Below are positions 1 through 14,888 of a stretch of DNA of 64,000 nucleotides, in pieces. Location: positions 14,198,001 to 14,262,000 of the forward strand of contig CM022666.1 of the NCBI GenBank assembly GCA_012295275.1, written 5' to 3'. This stretch comes from Chrysomallon squamiferum. Taxonomy: Eukaryota > Animalia > Mollusca. How positions within the stretch are numbered: the stretch's first letter is position 1; each line of letters opens with the position of its first letter. The position numbers and the translations under genes were made by a program. A model generated the notes under the pieces. The model saw nothing but the letters and a program-made list of their open reading frames with translations. It made no database searches and was not told the origin of the DNA.

Positions 1-579
1 CTCCAGATCTGTCAGTGGCTGCGTGTCCTGTCGCCTGGAAGAAGAATTACACTCTTCTCGGGGACGCGGCGAAGTCAGAGAAACAGAACAGTTGCTGGAA
101 CTGCTGCTCCGTCTTCAACTTCGCTCTGTTTAAAAACCCTCTCTTCCTCATCGTGATCGCCAGCGCCGTGTTCGGCGTGCACGCTGCGACGACGATGAAC
201 ACGTACATCCCGGCTCTGGCTAAGGGCAAAAACGTCTCGAAACTCAGAGCAGCTCTGCTGCTGTCGTTGGTGGGAGCCACTGGGATCGTGGGAAGGCTGA
301 TGGTGGGTTTCTTTGCGGATCTCAACATAGTGAAACGATCGTTGCTCATGTCCATCGCTCTGGCAGTGTCCGGTGTAGCTGCGCTTTGCTCCCCGGTTTA
401 TAATGGGTTTGAGACGCTGATAATTTTCTGTCTTATTTACGGCTTCTTTGGTGGACTGTACTTCAACCTGATTCCCGTTGTCCTGGTGGATTTTTTAGGA
501 GAGGAACATCTTTCTACGTCGTTTGGTTTTGTTCAGCTCTTCAGTGGAGCTTCCATGGCAGCTGTGAATCCTGTTACAG
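1..579 (+). CDS. SLC16/MCT-family transporter paralog 1, large penultimate exon (5'-truncated by window edge; about TM7-TM11)
   Basis: Open frame encodes FNFALFKNPLF...YIPALA...GIVGRLMVGFFAD...YGFFGGLYFNLIPVVLVDFLGEEHLSTSFGF, typical of the SLC16 C-terminal half and collinear with 19260-20411. Ends at phase-1 donor ACAG|GTTCGT (580), the same position as the paralog's donor at 20412. Confidence 0.9.
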
Positions 580-1045
580 GTTCGTAAAAAGTTTCACTTC
601 TGATTTGTTTTTTTTTTTTTTCCCCCACTAGTTCTGTTTTATATCACTTGATGTTTAAACTTTGACAAGTTAGTTTCTTTTAAACGCATGCATGTACTGG
701 TCTGCAGTGTTTTTGATTCAGTTATAAATTTGCAAATTATTATTTTTTTTTCGTTTGAGCAACGTTAGATCATTAATGACAAGTTATAACAATAAAATAT
801 CATTGTTACATAATATCTGAAGCAGGTATCCTCCCATTACTCATATGCCCAATAGTCATACAATTTGGAAAGCAGTCAAGCAGTAAGTAAATTGGGCACA
901 CCTGTGTGGGGAATGATCAGCTAGTCTTGGCTGGGTCTCACTGGTAACTGTTGTAATCACAGCTCCAGTGGGCAGCATTTGTTCATGGTTATTCCAATTA
1001 TATGGAGATGTTGCTCTTAAATAGTAGAAGAACTTTGAAGGAGAT

Positions 1046-1330
1046 ATGTTTTCACAGTGGATCCGCAGGGCTGCCGGACTATCTTTACTACTACTACAAA
1101 ACAAAATTCAGGACGCATGGATTGAAACCATGGACTCGACACCAAATGGTCTTCCTGCCCGAGAGTTCATTGACTACATGGTCGTCAACTGGATTGATGA
1201 TGATGCTTGCTTCCCTCTGCCGCTCTGGAACCACCATGAGACCAATGGACTACGCATCAATCTGCATCAAGTGCAGCAGAGAGTCAAGACGCCCGTTCAG
1301 TTCTTAGATGCTGTAGGCCACTGGTTTTCA
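1046..1330 (+). mobile_element. Degenerate MULE/Mutator-type transposase remnant in the last intron of paralog 1
   Basis: Translation WIRRAAGL..L...IQDAW...EFIDYMVVNWIDDDACFPLPLWNHHETNGLRIN resembles the MULE C-terminal F.DY...W......P..WN......RTNN block (recognised by eye); flanks are broken. Confidence 0.65.
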
Positions 1331-1960
1331 ACCATATTTTCATCAATCAAAGACAGTACAAAAGGAATCTATATTCACTGTGACGGATCCGAAACCTGTC
1401 TCTACACGTTTTTATTTATTTCTCCCTCCAAGTCAGCTTGAAAAAAGCTAAAATATATACCCTCGCCCAAGAACGATCTTGTGACCCCCAGAAAAAAGGC
1501 TATACACCCCTCTGGGGATCGCGACCTTGACCAAGTCCATCATTATTGATCCCTGCACTTCCCCTGACAAGGATCCCCTGGGAATGGACCATCAGCTGAT
1601 GGTCTGCAGATGTCCATTCTCCACTGATCAAGGTTTCCACGTATATATATATATACATGAGATTTTGGATTTGGAATTTCGGATAAAGGAACTATAACCT
1701 GTAATATTAGTTGTGTTGGTATCAGTAATGTGACTAGGTTAGCAGTAGTAGTAACTCTAAGAGTGATTATAAGAACGTTAATAAAAACAGTAGGAAATAG
1801 TTTATTAGCAGAATAAGGGGAGATAACAATTTAATTTATATAAAATACTGCTATATATAAAATTATTTTTTTTTTTTTTTTTTTTTTTATTATTCATGCT
1901 TTAAAACAATTTTTTTTTAAATTACTGACTCATGCTTATAAAACAATTTGTTTTTCCCAG

Positions 1961-2147
1961 GCTGGCTGAGTGCTATTTCATGACGTCACTGGTATTAGAA
2001 ATTATGACGCTTGTTTTATATCAATTTTGTTTCAGTTTATTCCATAATAGGGATGCTGTCTGTGACTGTAGTTGTTTTATTTTGTTTTATTCTATTTATT
2101 TCTAGATTTTTTGTTCATTATTTTTTAGACTCAGACGAAAGAAATAA
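1961..2147 (+). pseudogene. Terminal exon of SLC16 paralog 1, frame-disrupted (real lesion or consensus error)
   Basis: Acceptor TTTTTCCCAG (1960), then G-W-L as in the paralog's GWLRDMTGNYD. In-frame TGA at 1981. Expected pieces HDVTG..NYDACF (from 1979), IGMLSVTVVVLF (from 2047) and RLRRKK* (2127-2147) survive as separate, non-contiguous blocks. Confidence 0.7.
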
Positions 2148-4089
2148 ATCTGTAGGAGACGAAACAAAATATTAAATAAAAATTACGAAATGTTTTATTA
2201 TAATTTTGTTTCAATTCTATTCCATAATAGTTTTCACTGTAGTTAAAATGAAAACTATTATAAAATTCATATGGGAAATAGTTAATTTTTATTTTGTTTT
2301 ATTCTGAAAAAAATTAAGATCTTAAAGTTATACTTTTGTTAAAACAACCAAGTTTCATCAACACGGCTGTTACTGATCTAACTAACTAACTAACTAAACA
2401 AATAAATAAAAATAAAACATTTATTTCATTTTGGTGACTGTCTCCGGATTGTTACGGTTTCTGATATATCAGCGAACATCGCACTTGTAAAAGTGACTTG
2501 TTTTAAAATCTTTATGATAATTTAATAAGCAACAGAATTAAAGTTTCCAGTTTGTATGTATTTTCATTGCATTTTGAATCGTGTTCAGTATATATAGATA
2601 TATATATCTATATATATCAGCAGTATTGTTGTGTGGCGTACTTGAACTGTATGAGGTGTTTGTAACAGTGAAACGGTACTGGACTGTGTAACACCAAACA
2701 TGATCTGTGCTGGCATTTTCGCTCTCCAGGCCTAAAGAGAGGCGCAACGTAAGTTTTTACACAGGCATCATATTTTTCATATTTTCACTTTTTTAATTTA
2801 ATTATTTGTTTTTATTTGTTTATCTTTTCTCGAACCCAGAATAATGATCGTTAATATTAAAATGTCTTTGATATCATTAAACATTTCTTCTTTCAAACAT
2901 TCCGGATTTTTATTAATTAATTAATTAATTTTATTTTATTTTATTTTATTAATTAAGCAATTGCTTGATTAATTAATTAATTAATTAATTTATTTTATTT
3001 TATTTTATTTTATTAACTAATTAATTTATTTTATTTTATTTATTTTATTAATTCATTAATGAATTAATTTATTTATTTATTATTATTTTAGTCGCGATTA
3101 AAGCATTTTCTTTCTTTTAAAACGGTCGTATTTTATATTAACCCGCCGTCAACGTTGACGCAGTAAAGCATCTTTTTTTTCTCTCTTCTGTATACCAACA
3201 TCACCCACGTTGTAGTAGCTGTTTAAACCAGCGTTGCGTGTGAAACGTACTGGAACACGCAGAACATTTAAAAAAGAACCATTCTGAATTAAACAGAAAG
3301 AAAGAACGAAAGAAAGAAAAAAATGTTTTATTGCCTCATGAAACAAGTTGCAATAACAAGATTTGGGAATTTGAACTCGCTTAACTAAACAAACGGTGAC
3401 GGATAAAACGAAACACAGAAAATATCCGAATCTTAATCACGACTCGCCTTTTCTCAGTTCCTAGAATTACGCGATAAATGTTTTACAAGACAGAATCTGG
3501 TGTACAAATAAACACACACTGACATGCAGCAAAACAAACAACTCTTAATTCTTAAACCCGATAAACACACACACACACACAAAAAAAATAAAAATAAAAA
3601 TAAAAAAATAACAAGAACAAGTGACGATATACTTAAATAAAAAAAATAAAAAATAAAAATAAAAAAAAAGGAAATCATTTCAGCAGATATTTTGCATGAT
3701 TCTTCAAGACATTGTCTTCAAAAGCTTGGTTCATGAAAGGATTAACTGTACCTACAACAGCGCATTTACAGCGGTGACGTCAAAGACATCGTCATTTCCC
3801 TATCGCTTACAATATGGCGGCTTCAGTATTTTTATACTTCAAATAACATATCAGTGGACAGATCAGCCCAACCCTCCCCAGGAAGAAAGTGGATCCGACC
3901 CTGCCTCGGGGGCAATGAACCTGTTGTGGCATTTTAGCTATGACGTCGCTAATCACTTATTTGATATAATAACTATAAGCTTCTCTCGTTTCGCAGATTT
4001 AATCGCTAACTCAAAGGTCAGAGGTTATTTAGAGTTCCTAAGTGCAAGACATTGACGTAGAAAAACTATAGGACACGGTGGACGATATA

Positions 4090-4129
<40 letters not shown>

Positions 4130-4262
4130 TTGTAAGAGAGAGAGGACCTATATATTACTTGATATTATAAATTTTAAGTTTTATCAAATTTATTTATTTT
4201 AATTATTACTGATTATGCTTTAAAAATCATTAAATGTTTTCATACTGTACTACTACTACTAT

Positions 4263-4306
<44 letters not shown>

Positions 4307-4597
4307 ATATGATGATAATGATAATTATAATAATATATTAATAATGATCACGAAGATGACAGTAATAATGATGATGTCAACTAATGATGATGTCGAAATG
4401 TTTTTTTTTTTTTCTCTCTTTTTTTTTTTAATAAAAACAACTTACTGCGTGCGGTTAACAAAAAATAAAAAAAATAAAAAAAAAAAAATAAAAAGAGATC
4501 AGTTTCCACAATTTAATAAAAAACGTTTAATGACCTATTGCGTTAGCGTATTCATTTAGTCGCTCATTTCACAGAATTACTTCGTTTAAGATTTAAT

Positions 4598-4922
4598 CGT
4601 CGTCTGTCGAACGAGTCAAGTCAGCTTTGTCACTGCTGTCGTCTGCACGACCGCTCATCGTGGCACGTGGTCGGGGTCGGGCCGGGCATGGGGGGCGTCA
4701 GAGCAGAGCCGGCGCTACGCGATCACTGTCGATGCGGTAGGGGGGAAATGTCAGTGCTTTGACCGGATTTTTTTAATTCTTTAATTTTTATATATTTAAT
4801 TTTTTTTTTTTTTTTGTTTATTGTTTTATTCTACTGGCAAACTGCATGTTGAAAGAAATACTCTACTGAAAGCGGGACTGGATTAACGTTTAAGTTGCAG
4901 CCGTTGAAATATTTAATAAGCA
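4598..4922 (+). promoter_or_regulatory. GC/CpG-rich patch, candidate promoter and non-coding first exon of SLC16 paralog 2
   Basis: Markedly GC-rich non-coding patch with CACGTG (4664) and GGGCG/GGGGC tracts, followed by donor-like CA|GTGAGT at 4923. The ATG exon at 13237 starts right after an acceptor, so an upstream UTR exon is implied. Confidence 0.45.
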
Positions 4923-5661
4923 GTGAGTATTATATAACGTTATTGTTTGTTTGTTTGTTTGTTGTTGTTGTGTGTTGTTTTTTTTTTAGTTGTGTTCAAA
5001 TGATGAAAGGCTTTTCTTTTCTTTTCTTTTCTTTTCTTTCTTTAAATTTGTTATCATAAGCGGGCAGTTATAGAATCACGTGTAAAAGATCTCAGAAGGG
5101 GAGGTACAGTTATTTAGTAGGACATGAATGCATGGCTATTTTTAGATATTATATGTTTCAATACAAATACTGTATTCTTTAAAACAAATATTATGTTCTT
5201 TACAACAATTATTGTATTCTTATATTTTATTATTTAAGACTACTACTTGTTTTTCAATGAAGGATATAATATTCTATTTAATGGTGTTCCCCAGATGAAT
5301 GCAGTAACACACGTGGTCTGTCTAAGCATGTAAAGAGACAGGTAGTCACCGCCGTTCGAGATATTCTTTTTTTCTCTTTGTACAAGGGTTCTTTTTATGG
5401 ATTTTGAAATAGCAGCACACTGGCTGGAACAGAAGTTAAACCAGTTGGAGGTCCCTAAAAACTATCGTATATATTCTAACCACTGAGGTGGGAACCACGC
5501 CAGATATATTTTGAATGGTGAAAAATTTAAAAGATAGTTCGTTGTACTTACTGCATAGGATGCTATGATTGTTTAGCAGAAAGAAAAGTTTTATCTGTGC
5601 CTTCCCGTATACAGGATAGTACAAATTATTTTGATAAACCAGTGTGTGTGTGTGTGTGTGT

Positions 5662-5739
<78 letters not shown>

Positions 5740-7309
5740 ATGTATGTATGTCAATATATGTTTCTATAACTGTATGTATCGATATATATATATATATGTA
5801 TTATGTAAGTATGTATGTATGCCTTTGTATTCATGAATATATGTATGTATGTATGTATATATGTGTGTGTATGTATGTATGTATGTATGTGTTACAGATA
5901 AATACAGAGAAAAATTTCCTTCAAAAGAGAAAGTGGACTAAAGACAGCGTCGTGACTTAGTAGTCAGGTCACAAAACTGGAATAATTATTTGTCATGGGG
6001 ACCAGCACATAAGAGGTGTTAGCTTTCAAGTGCTAATGACCCTGTTAAAATATGTCTCGTTTCTTGTCTAGGGTTTGCGCCTTTTGTGGACCCGCTGACT
6101 GTGCAATTAAGAAAATGTGACTATTGATTATAACAGATACATATATTTGTATATACTACAGATATAAACTATATATATTATGACGTATCCACCATCAACA
6201 CCAACACAAAACACAATATTTATATTACAAAGATAATTATTTATTTTACACATGTATTCTTATTATTATTTAGTGGTTCAGGACGTGGGAGTTGGCGTTA
6301 AATGAAATACTACAGTTCTTAATTCTTTTAATTTTCCCTAACAGGTTTTGTTAGAAATAAATAACTCAAACTTTGTATGGAGCCTATACAGGTTACATCA
6401 AATTGATCAGCAAATCACAGAGAGCATAGAGAAACAGGATAACCATTTTTCCTTGCTTCCGACTTGAACAGAGATAACGCAAAAATATAGTTATCAACAG
6501 AACTGCCTAATAATGGCCGCCAACTCCTCACTCCTACCCGCGTCTTCTCTTTCTTCTTTGTGGTCTCTTTGTAATCTTCTGTGGATGGATGGATGGAAAC
6601 TCTTTTTACGTACCCACGTCCAATTCAAGGTTCAGGCACGCCTATCTCGGATCCAGATCTTCTGTGATGCCTGGACTCTTTTGTCTTTTACTTTAATAAA
6701 CACGTCGCGGACTTCCCTGAAGTCAGCAGAGAGGAGCTGACAAAAAATTGCTTTTTGTCTCTCGCTAATGATCGTTAACTGTTGGGTGATTTGAGTGATT
6801 GGATTACTGTTAACTAACAGTAGATATTTAGTTAATACGTACTGTTAGGAATATTTGTAGAAATGAATGGTTAACGTATTTACTTTCTTTAATGATGCAT
6901 ACAGGTTAATTACGAGATGTTACTGCATTAAAGTAAGCTATTTAGGTAAATAATCAATATGTCACCGACTTTTTCAAAAACTGTACCTTAAAAGTTACAA
7001 CAATATAACATACTGTAATAAGTCAAACAATAGCTACCAGCAAATAAACGTAAAGCGTATAAACTAAATTGCAATCCGTGGCTTAGCAAATAAGTTAGGA
7101 CCATTTTGCGAAGTTAAAGAAACGCAGAAAACTGTACATTTAAATATCGCTGAGAAAACGTTCCACAGCTTGAACGAGGCCCTATTAGGGATGGTTAAGG
7201 GCCATACTATGTAAGATAAGAAAATGGTTTACCGTCATACTGTCACATATTTTATTTTCACACGCTTTTATCGTTCACCTTGCTTTCAGTTTTCTTGACT
7301 TGTATGTAG

Positions 7310-7367
7310 ATAATATATATATAGATATATATATATATATATCGTCATATATATGTATATATGTATA

Positions 7368-7436
<69 letters not shown>

Positions 7437-7475
7437 ATATATATATATATATATGTATGTATATGTATGTATATG

Positions 7476-7518
<43 letters not shown>

Positions 7519-7610
7519 ATATATATAAATATAAATATAAATTTATATATACATACATATATATATATATATATACACACATATATATACATATATACAT
7601 ATATATGACG
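7310..7610. repeat. (AT)n/(ATGT)n microsatellite
   Basis: Directly visible. Confidence 0.95.
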
Positions 7611-7754
7611 ATATAGTACTTTTTAATAATCATTAATATTTAAAATAATTTAAGAAGATATTAAAATAAATACTTATATGTCTGTCTGTCTATATATATA
7701 TAGTTTTCTGTAGTCACAATTTTAATAATGATATTTATAATAACATGCTTTTAT

Positions 7755-7811
<57 letters not shown>

Positions 7812-8439
7812 GTAATAATAATGACGATAACGAAGACAGTAATAATGACAATATTCATTACGTCAGCGTTCACCATCTCAAAAAAGCTATGTATTTCACA
7901 TATAAATTTGTACTTTGTTACTTTATTGTTAGTCAGTACACAAAAGTTGCTGTGCTACACAAGACAAGTTATCCGGAACACTTGTATTTCGAGATCTGCT
8001 GTATTTCTTGTTATCACAAAAGTTCCTGTTACTTTTGAAATGTGACAAGTTAACTGAACACAGATGTTCTACTCTCACAAACTCTGTCACTGAATCCACG
8101 TTCATCGTATAGGATGACATTCTGAGCACGTCGTGTAACTTTAAGATTTATTTTCCATCCGTTCTTTTGTTAGTTTTAGAGTGAACAGAACTTGAACATT
8201 CAGAAAACGTCTTACGTCGTGATAGCTAACAGGCGTGTTTGCTGTGTGTTAAATTATGTGGATGACGTAGTTGGTGTAAAAAAAAAAACAAAGAGTTGAT
8301 GACGTAAAAACAAAGAGTTGATGACGTAATAACAAAAACTGTTGAAGAAAAAGGGTATTGTAATTAGAACAGCGTTATTATTATTTTTTTTTACTTCTTT
8401 TTTTTTTTATTTTTTTTTTTTTTAAAGTTAAATAAAAAT

Positions 8440-8490
<51 letters not shown>

Positions 8491-8662
8491 TTACAACAGC
8501 TGTTTATGTGTGTCTGTTTGTGTCACATTTATTAGATTCGTGTGATAAATTATATTTAAAATAACATTTCAGTTTGTTAATACAAGTACTGACCTAAAAC
8601 AAAAACGTTAAATTGCACTATCATCCTCTATACACCGAACGTTATCAGTGTTGTTATTGTTG

Positions 8663-8694
<32 letters not shown>

Positions 8695-9529
8695 GGTGGT
8701 GGTGGCGGTGTTGTTTTTGTTGTTGTAATTGTTCTCGTTCTGATGATTATTATTATTACTATTATTATTATTATTGTTGTTGTTGTTGTTGTTGTTGTTA
8801 CTGATATTGTTATAATTAGTAGTAGCACTAGTAATAGTATTAGTGTTAGTAGTGTAGAGTAGTAGAAGTAGAAGTAGCAGTAGTAATAGTTGTAATGGTA
8901 ATAGTATCTTAATTAGCAACACAAATTCTTCTTCGTTTAAATACTCACCTTCCTGCTCTTCTCTTCAAAAAATAAATTAAAAAATCATCTAAACCCAGAC
9001 TGGACATTTAAAACTGTTGATACATTCCCAGAATACATTTCGCCTGAGTTCACGCGCATACGTATCTTACAAAACATCAAAAAAAAAAAAAAATCGATAC
9101 CATAATCACATCCGGAATGTCAGTACTTGTTCAGTCCGCAACGCAAATATTTATCCGTGACAAAAATCTTTCCGTTTCCCCACTTCTGGCCCGGACCTGT
9201 GTTCAGCCCCTGATTCCGTTTAGACGTGCCAAAAACGATCGTATACCGAAGCAGAAAGATCGGGTAAATGTCACGTGTAAGTTAGAGCAGAACAGTCTGT
9301 AGACCGTGCGCGTAAACAAGGTTACGCAATCACGTAAACTAATCTACAGTAGCTGGCAAACATAGGTAAGTCAAGGAGGCCACGATAAAAAACGTTAATA
9401 TGACGTAAATTGGTTATTGTCTGTGAAGCACACGTTGTTGAGATTAAATACACCCCGATAACTTACCTACTACTGGCAATTACAGGTATGTAACTATTGT
9501 ATAGTTTAGTGTTGCGAGAATACACATAT

Positions 9530-9581
<52 letters not shown>

Positions 9582-9790
9582 GTACATACATAAATACATA
9601 GATACAGACATGCATAGATACATACATACATGCATACATACGTACATACATATATATAAATAAATATATATATAAATATATATATACATATACATATTAC
9701 ATACATAAATACACAGATACATGGATACATATACAGATTCATAAATGCGTAAATACATACATAGACACATACATATATGAAAAAGAGTAG

Positions 9791-9823
<33 letters not shown>

Positions 9824-10612
9824 AGCAAGTAGTTAAAGAAAATATGTGCAGGTGCAAAATAATCAGTTTATTCATCAGTAAGTTATCAAACTTGTATACT
9901 GTTTTTAAAGTAAAATATGCACCTGTCAGGACACAGGTAATCGAAAACAATCAGTTTATTACATCACAAAGTTATCAACTGACTTTTAACATAATCGTAA
10001 TAAACAGGATTTTATATATGGTGTGTGTGTGTACATGTGTGTACATACACATACGGTATACCTGATACCGATAAAGATTCTCGACGTATGTTGTTTCTCA
10101 TAATCGTAATAAACAGGATTTTCGGGTGTTAGTGATACCAGCTCTCGACTGTTTCTCAAAGCAGGCGAAGTCTCCGAATTTCGAAAAAAAAAAATGTCGT
10201 TCGCATTATCGAGGGTCAAGGTAAAACGAATTCGATACAAGGTGACTACTGTATGTGTCAGTAACTCTGCAGTTCGTGTTGTTAACTCAGACGATCCCTT
10301 GTGAACGGTACAACAGTCTGACGTGTAGTTTTGTATCACGGGTCACGTGGACCCCGCTGAAACGTCACACGTGTTCTGTGCAACTAATGGGAGGGACATT
10401 TTTTATTTGCTAACCACGTCTTTGTGTAGTTGATGTAATGTATATGTGTGTGTCTGAGTCTGTGAATATATATATAATATATATTCACATACATGTCTTT
10501 ACATATACACATACGTATGAATGAATGTATGTATTTTATATATCTATTTACATGTATGTGTGTATATATGTATGTATATATGTATGTATCTATGAATGGA
10601 TGTATGTACATA

Positions 10613-10675
<63 letters not shown>

Positions 10676-11023
10676 ATCCAGGCTTTTATTTATTTGTTTA
10701 TTTACTACTATTGTTGACCTCGGTATCACGGGCTAATATGAGAAAGCACTGGTCCGGAAAATGCATAAGTTCGGGAAATAAACATTGATCCTACAATGTA
10801 TCGAGATTTTGAACTTTCATCTAAGAACAATACACAGACATAAAAACAATGCAATCAAATGGTCATACAAAGTATTTGTAAAGAAAATTGTGGACTAAAC
10901 TGGGTGAAGTGTGTGACGTCAGAATGGTTTTGTTACTCTCACTTTGATGGAAAGTGGGTTGAGAGAGGGTACGCATTTTCACATAGTGCGATTCAGAATT
11001 TCTTATTAGTACCAAGAGGTAAG

Positions 11024-11067
<44 letters not shown>

Positions 11068-11690
11068 ACAAACGTATATAACATATATGCACATGGTGTA
11101 TGTGTGTAAATGTCTGTTCGTATCTACAGTACACATTTTTCTTTCTCTTTGTTTCTATTTGTGTATGTAGTTTTCATAGTACGTCTATATATATATATAT
11201 ATATGTTACAAGTATAAATTTCTACAGTTAAGCACTAAGTGCTGCACTCGACTGGTCGCTGTATCGTGTTACTGAGCGCGTATCGCTGATAAAGAACGAG
11301 GCTGTGTTGATATTGTTTTCCGATGTGTGACAAACGGAACAGTGTAACTGAGACGACAGCGTATCAAAATACACAGCCGTGTCACGTGTGCAGAACGTCT
11401 GTACAACTCGGCCGTTTCAACACGCTTTATCTGATGGAGTAAAACGTTATGTTGCTGGTGCTATTTTTATTACAACAACGACTCTGATATTTCTACTACT
11501 ACTACTACTACTGCTGCTGCTGCTACTGTTGCTGCCTCTGCTGGTGGTGCTACTACTACTGCTACTACTACTGCATTTATACAACTACTACAACTTTTGC
11601 ACCTGTTACAATTAACAACTATTTGTACTACTACTACTACTACTACTGATGCAGCGGTTATTGTTACTACTGCTGCAACTACTAACACCA

Positions 11691-11731
<41 letters not shown>

Positions 11732-12519
11732 TAATAATTTTAAGAATAAGAAGAAGAAGAAGAAAAAAAGAAGAACAACAACAACAACGATATTTTTTTT
11801 TTTAATGATTTTTGATTTTTAAAAAAAATATATATCGTTACCTTTTTACACATTACTAATCTGAAATCGATTGCAGCATTCGATCTCACAACATACCACT
11901 CCCAAATCCAGCAGCTTAATCATCATTACATGGTTAACCTTCACTTCAATACAAAACATGAACGCAAGCTCAGCTTGTAAGAAAAACACGCGAATACGTT
12001 CTTGAAATTTACTAACGCTCGAACATTCGAACGTTTTCACAGTTTCTCACCACTTTTATTTATCTCACTCATTTCCATAGCAACCTCGAGCGCAGCTTGC
12101 ATAGAGCAGAAAAAAAATCACGCTGACCGTTATTTGACCGCTAGCCCAACGTTACTGATTTACTGCTGTCTGTGTACAGCGTGCTACGTTGGACACGGTG
12201 TGACTTAACATTATGTTTATTCATTTATTCTGCTGGTGTAATCGGGGATGAATAAGGTAAATATTATATAAGTAGATTTGTACGTAAACCAGCAGTGGCG
12301 ACATCTAGGTGTTATTTGGGGAAGAGATAATCATCATCGTATTTTAACGAAAATATATTTGGATGTAAATTCTTTATACGTTTACTGTGTTTCAATGAAA
12401 CTGAGGTGCGGTTTGTTTGTTTGTTTGTCTGTCTGTATGTTTCTGTTTATTAATGCCTTCAACGTCATTTTCATTATCATCATCATAGACACTGTTCACG
12501 TCATCGTCATCATCATCAT

Positions 12520-13232
<713 letters not shown>

Positions 13233-13236
13233 TCAG

Positions 13237-13354
13237 ATGGAACCATCAGTAGCAGACACGGACATATCACTGCTTCCTGACAAGAACGACAACTCTGTAG
13301 AGAACGACAGAAGACCTCCCATAGATCGAGGATGGGCGTGGGTTATAACAGCAG
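13237..13354 (+). CDS. SLC16 paralog 2, coding exon 1
   Basis: TTTCAG|ATG; encodes MEPSVADTDISLLPDKNDNSVENDRRPPIDRGWAWVITA with the SLC16 N-terminal P.D.GW.W signature; 118 nt; donor CAG|GTAAAA, phase 1. Not in the ORF track. Confidence 0.93.
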
Positions 13355-13527
13355 GTAAAACAAACAAAACTCTTACATATACTGAGTAGATGTGTTAGGT
13401 TCTGGGATCAAATCGCCGTGGCGGCGGTTACCAGAACTAAATGGACTTGTGGAACTCAACTATAATCTTTCTTGTCTTTAAATGATGCTATAATATATAA
13501 TGTGAAACATTCTGTGGTCATTTGTTA

Positions 13528-13557
13528 TTTCTATCTATCTCTCTATCTCTCTATCTA

Positions 13558-13626
<69 letters not shown>

Positions 13627-13632
13627 CTCTAC

Positions 13633-13686
<54 letters not shown>

Positions 13687-13734
13687 CTATCTATCTATCT
13701 ATCTGTCTGTCTTATCTATCTATATATCTGTCTT

Positions 13735-13767
<33 letters not shown>

Positions 13768-13770
13768 TTG
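13528..13770. repeat. (TATC)n plus (GT)n microsatellite
   Basis: Directly visible. Confidence 0.95.
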
Positions 13771-13849
13771 TATATGTATTATGTATTATAGCTATATACA
13801 AAATAACAATTATAGAAACATACTGAAAACAGAAATATATATATATATA

Positions 13850-13904
13850 AAACATGTTAATAATTTTCACAAACCATTGTTAACGATTCTATTTTCAGTA
13901 TATT

Positions 13905-13951
<47 letters not shown>

Positions 13952-14385
13952 CACACATATATCTCTAAGATGTTAATGTTCATTTTCGTATGTTAAGATG
14001 TTAATATATATATATTTTCAGTATGTTTGTATAATTATTATATATATATATATAACATGTTAATAATGTTCATGTACGTATCTCTAAGGTGTTAACGATT
14101 CTATTTTCAGTGTGTTTGTATAATTATTATATATATTATATATATAACATGTTAATAATGTTCATATACGTATCTCTAAGATGTTAACGATTCTATTTTC
14201 AGTGTGTTTTTATATAATTATATATATATATATATATACATTTTAATAATGTTCATATGTATAATTGTTAACGATTATATATATATAGTGTGTTTGTATA
14301 ATGTTATATAATATACATGTTAATAATGTTCATGTACGTATCTCTAAGGTGTTAACGATTCTATTTTCAGTGTGTTTGTATAACT
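13850..14385 (+). repeat. Minisatellite (about 80-120 bp, about 6 copies) containing the exon 2a acceptor
   Basis: Unit approximately catgttaataatgttcatgtacgtatctctaaggtgttaacgattctattttcAG|tgtgtttgtataa; AG ends at 13898, 14021, 14110, 14202, 14288 and 14370 (real). Confidence 0.9.
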
Positions 14386-14514
14386 ATTTTATTCTCGGGG
14401 GCTTGCTCTATTCTGGTGGAGTTTTCTTTGTGGAATTTCTCCGCCTCTACCACGCCTCCACATCCTCCACGGCTGTCATTTCAGGCGTCCAGGCCGCCTC
14501 GATCAGTGCAGCGG
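14371..14514 (+). CDS. SLC16 paralog 2, exon 2a (alternative)
   Basis: TTTTCAG| 144 nt |GTACGT, phase 1-1; VCLYNYFILGGLLYSGGVFFVEFLRLYHASTSSTAVISGVQAASISAA (TM1 to TM2). Confidence 0.9.
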
Positions 14515-14888
14515 GTACGTACTGTCGTTGTCGTTGTTGTCGCCGTCGTATCAGTTTGTGTAGCCATACATGCATGCTTACATATATATATATATATATA
14601 TATATATACATGCATGTGTGCATCCTTCTGTCCATCCATTCTTGTATTTTTCGTCCATTCATATTTCCTTCCATTCATTCATCCACGCACATGCATACAT
14701 GTATATGCGTACATACATACATACATACATACACATACACAATTATAGTAAGATACATTAAGTACATGAACTAAAACACTTAAATCAGAGAATAATTCAA
14801 AATCCTAAGCTACATACTTGCCAGTGCCAGGTTTCTCACATAAAATAGATGCACGGAAAATTGACGAAAGACAAAAAGAACGGCGTGC

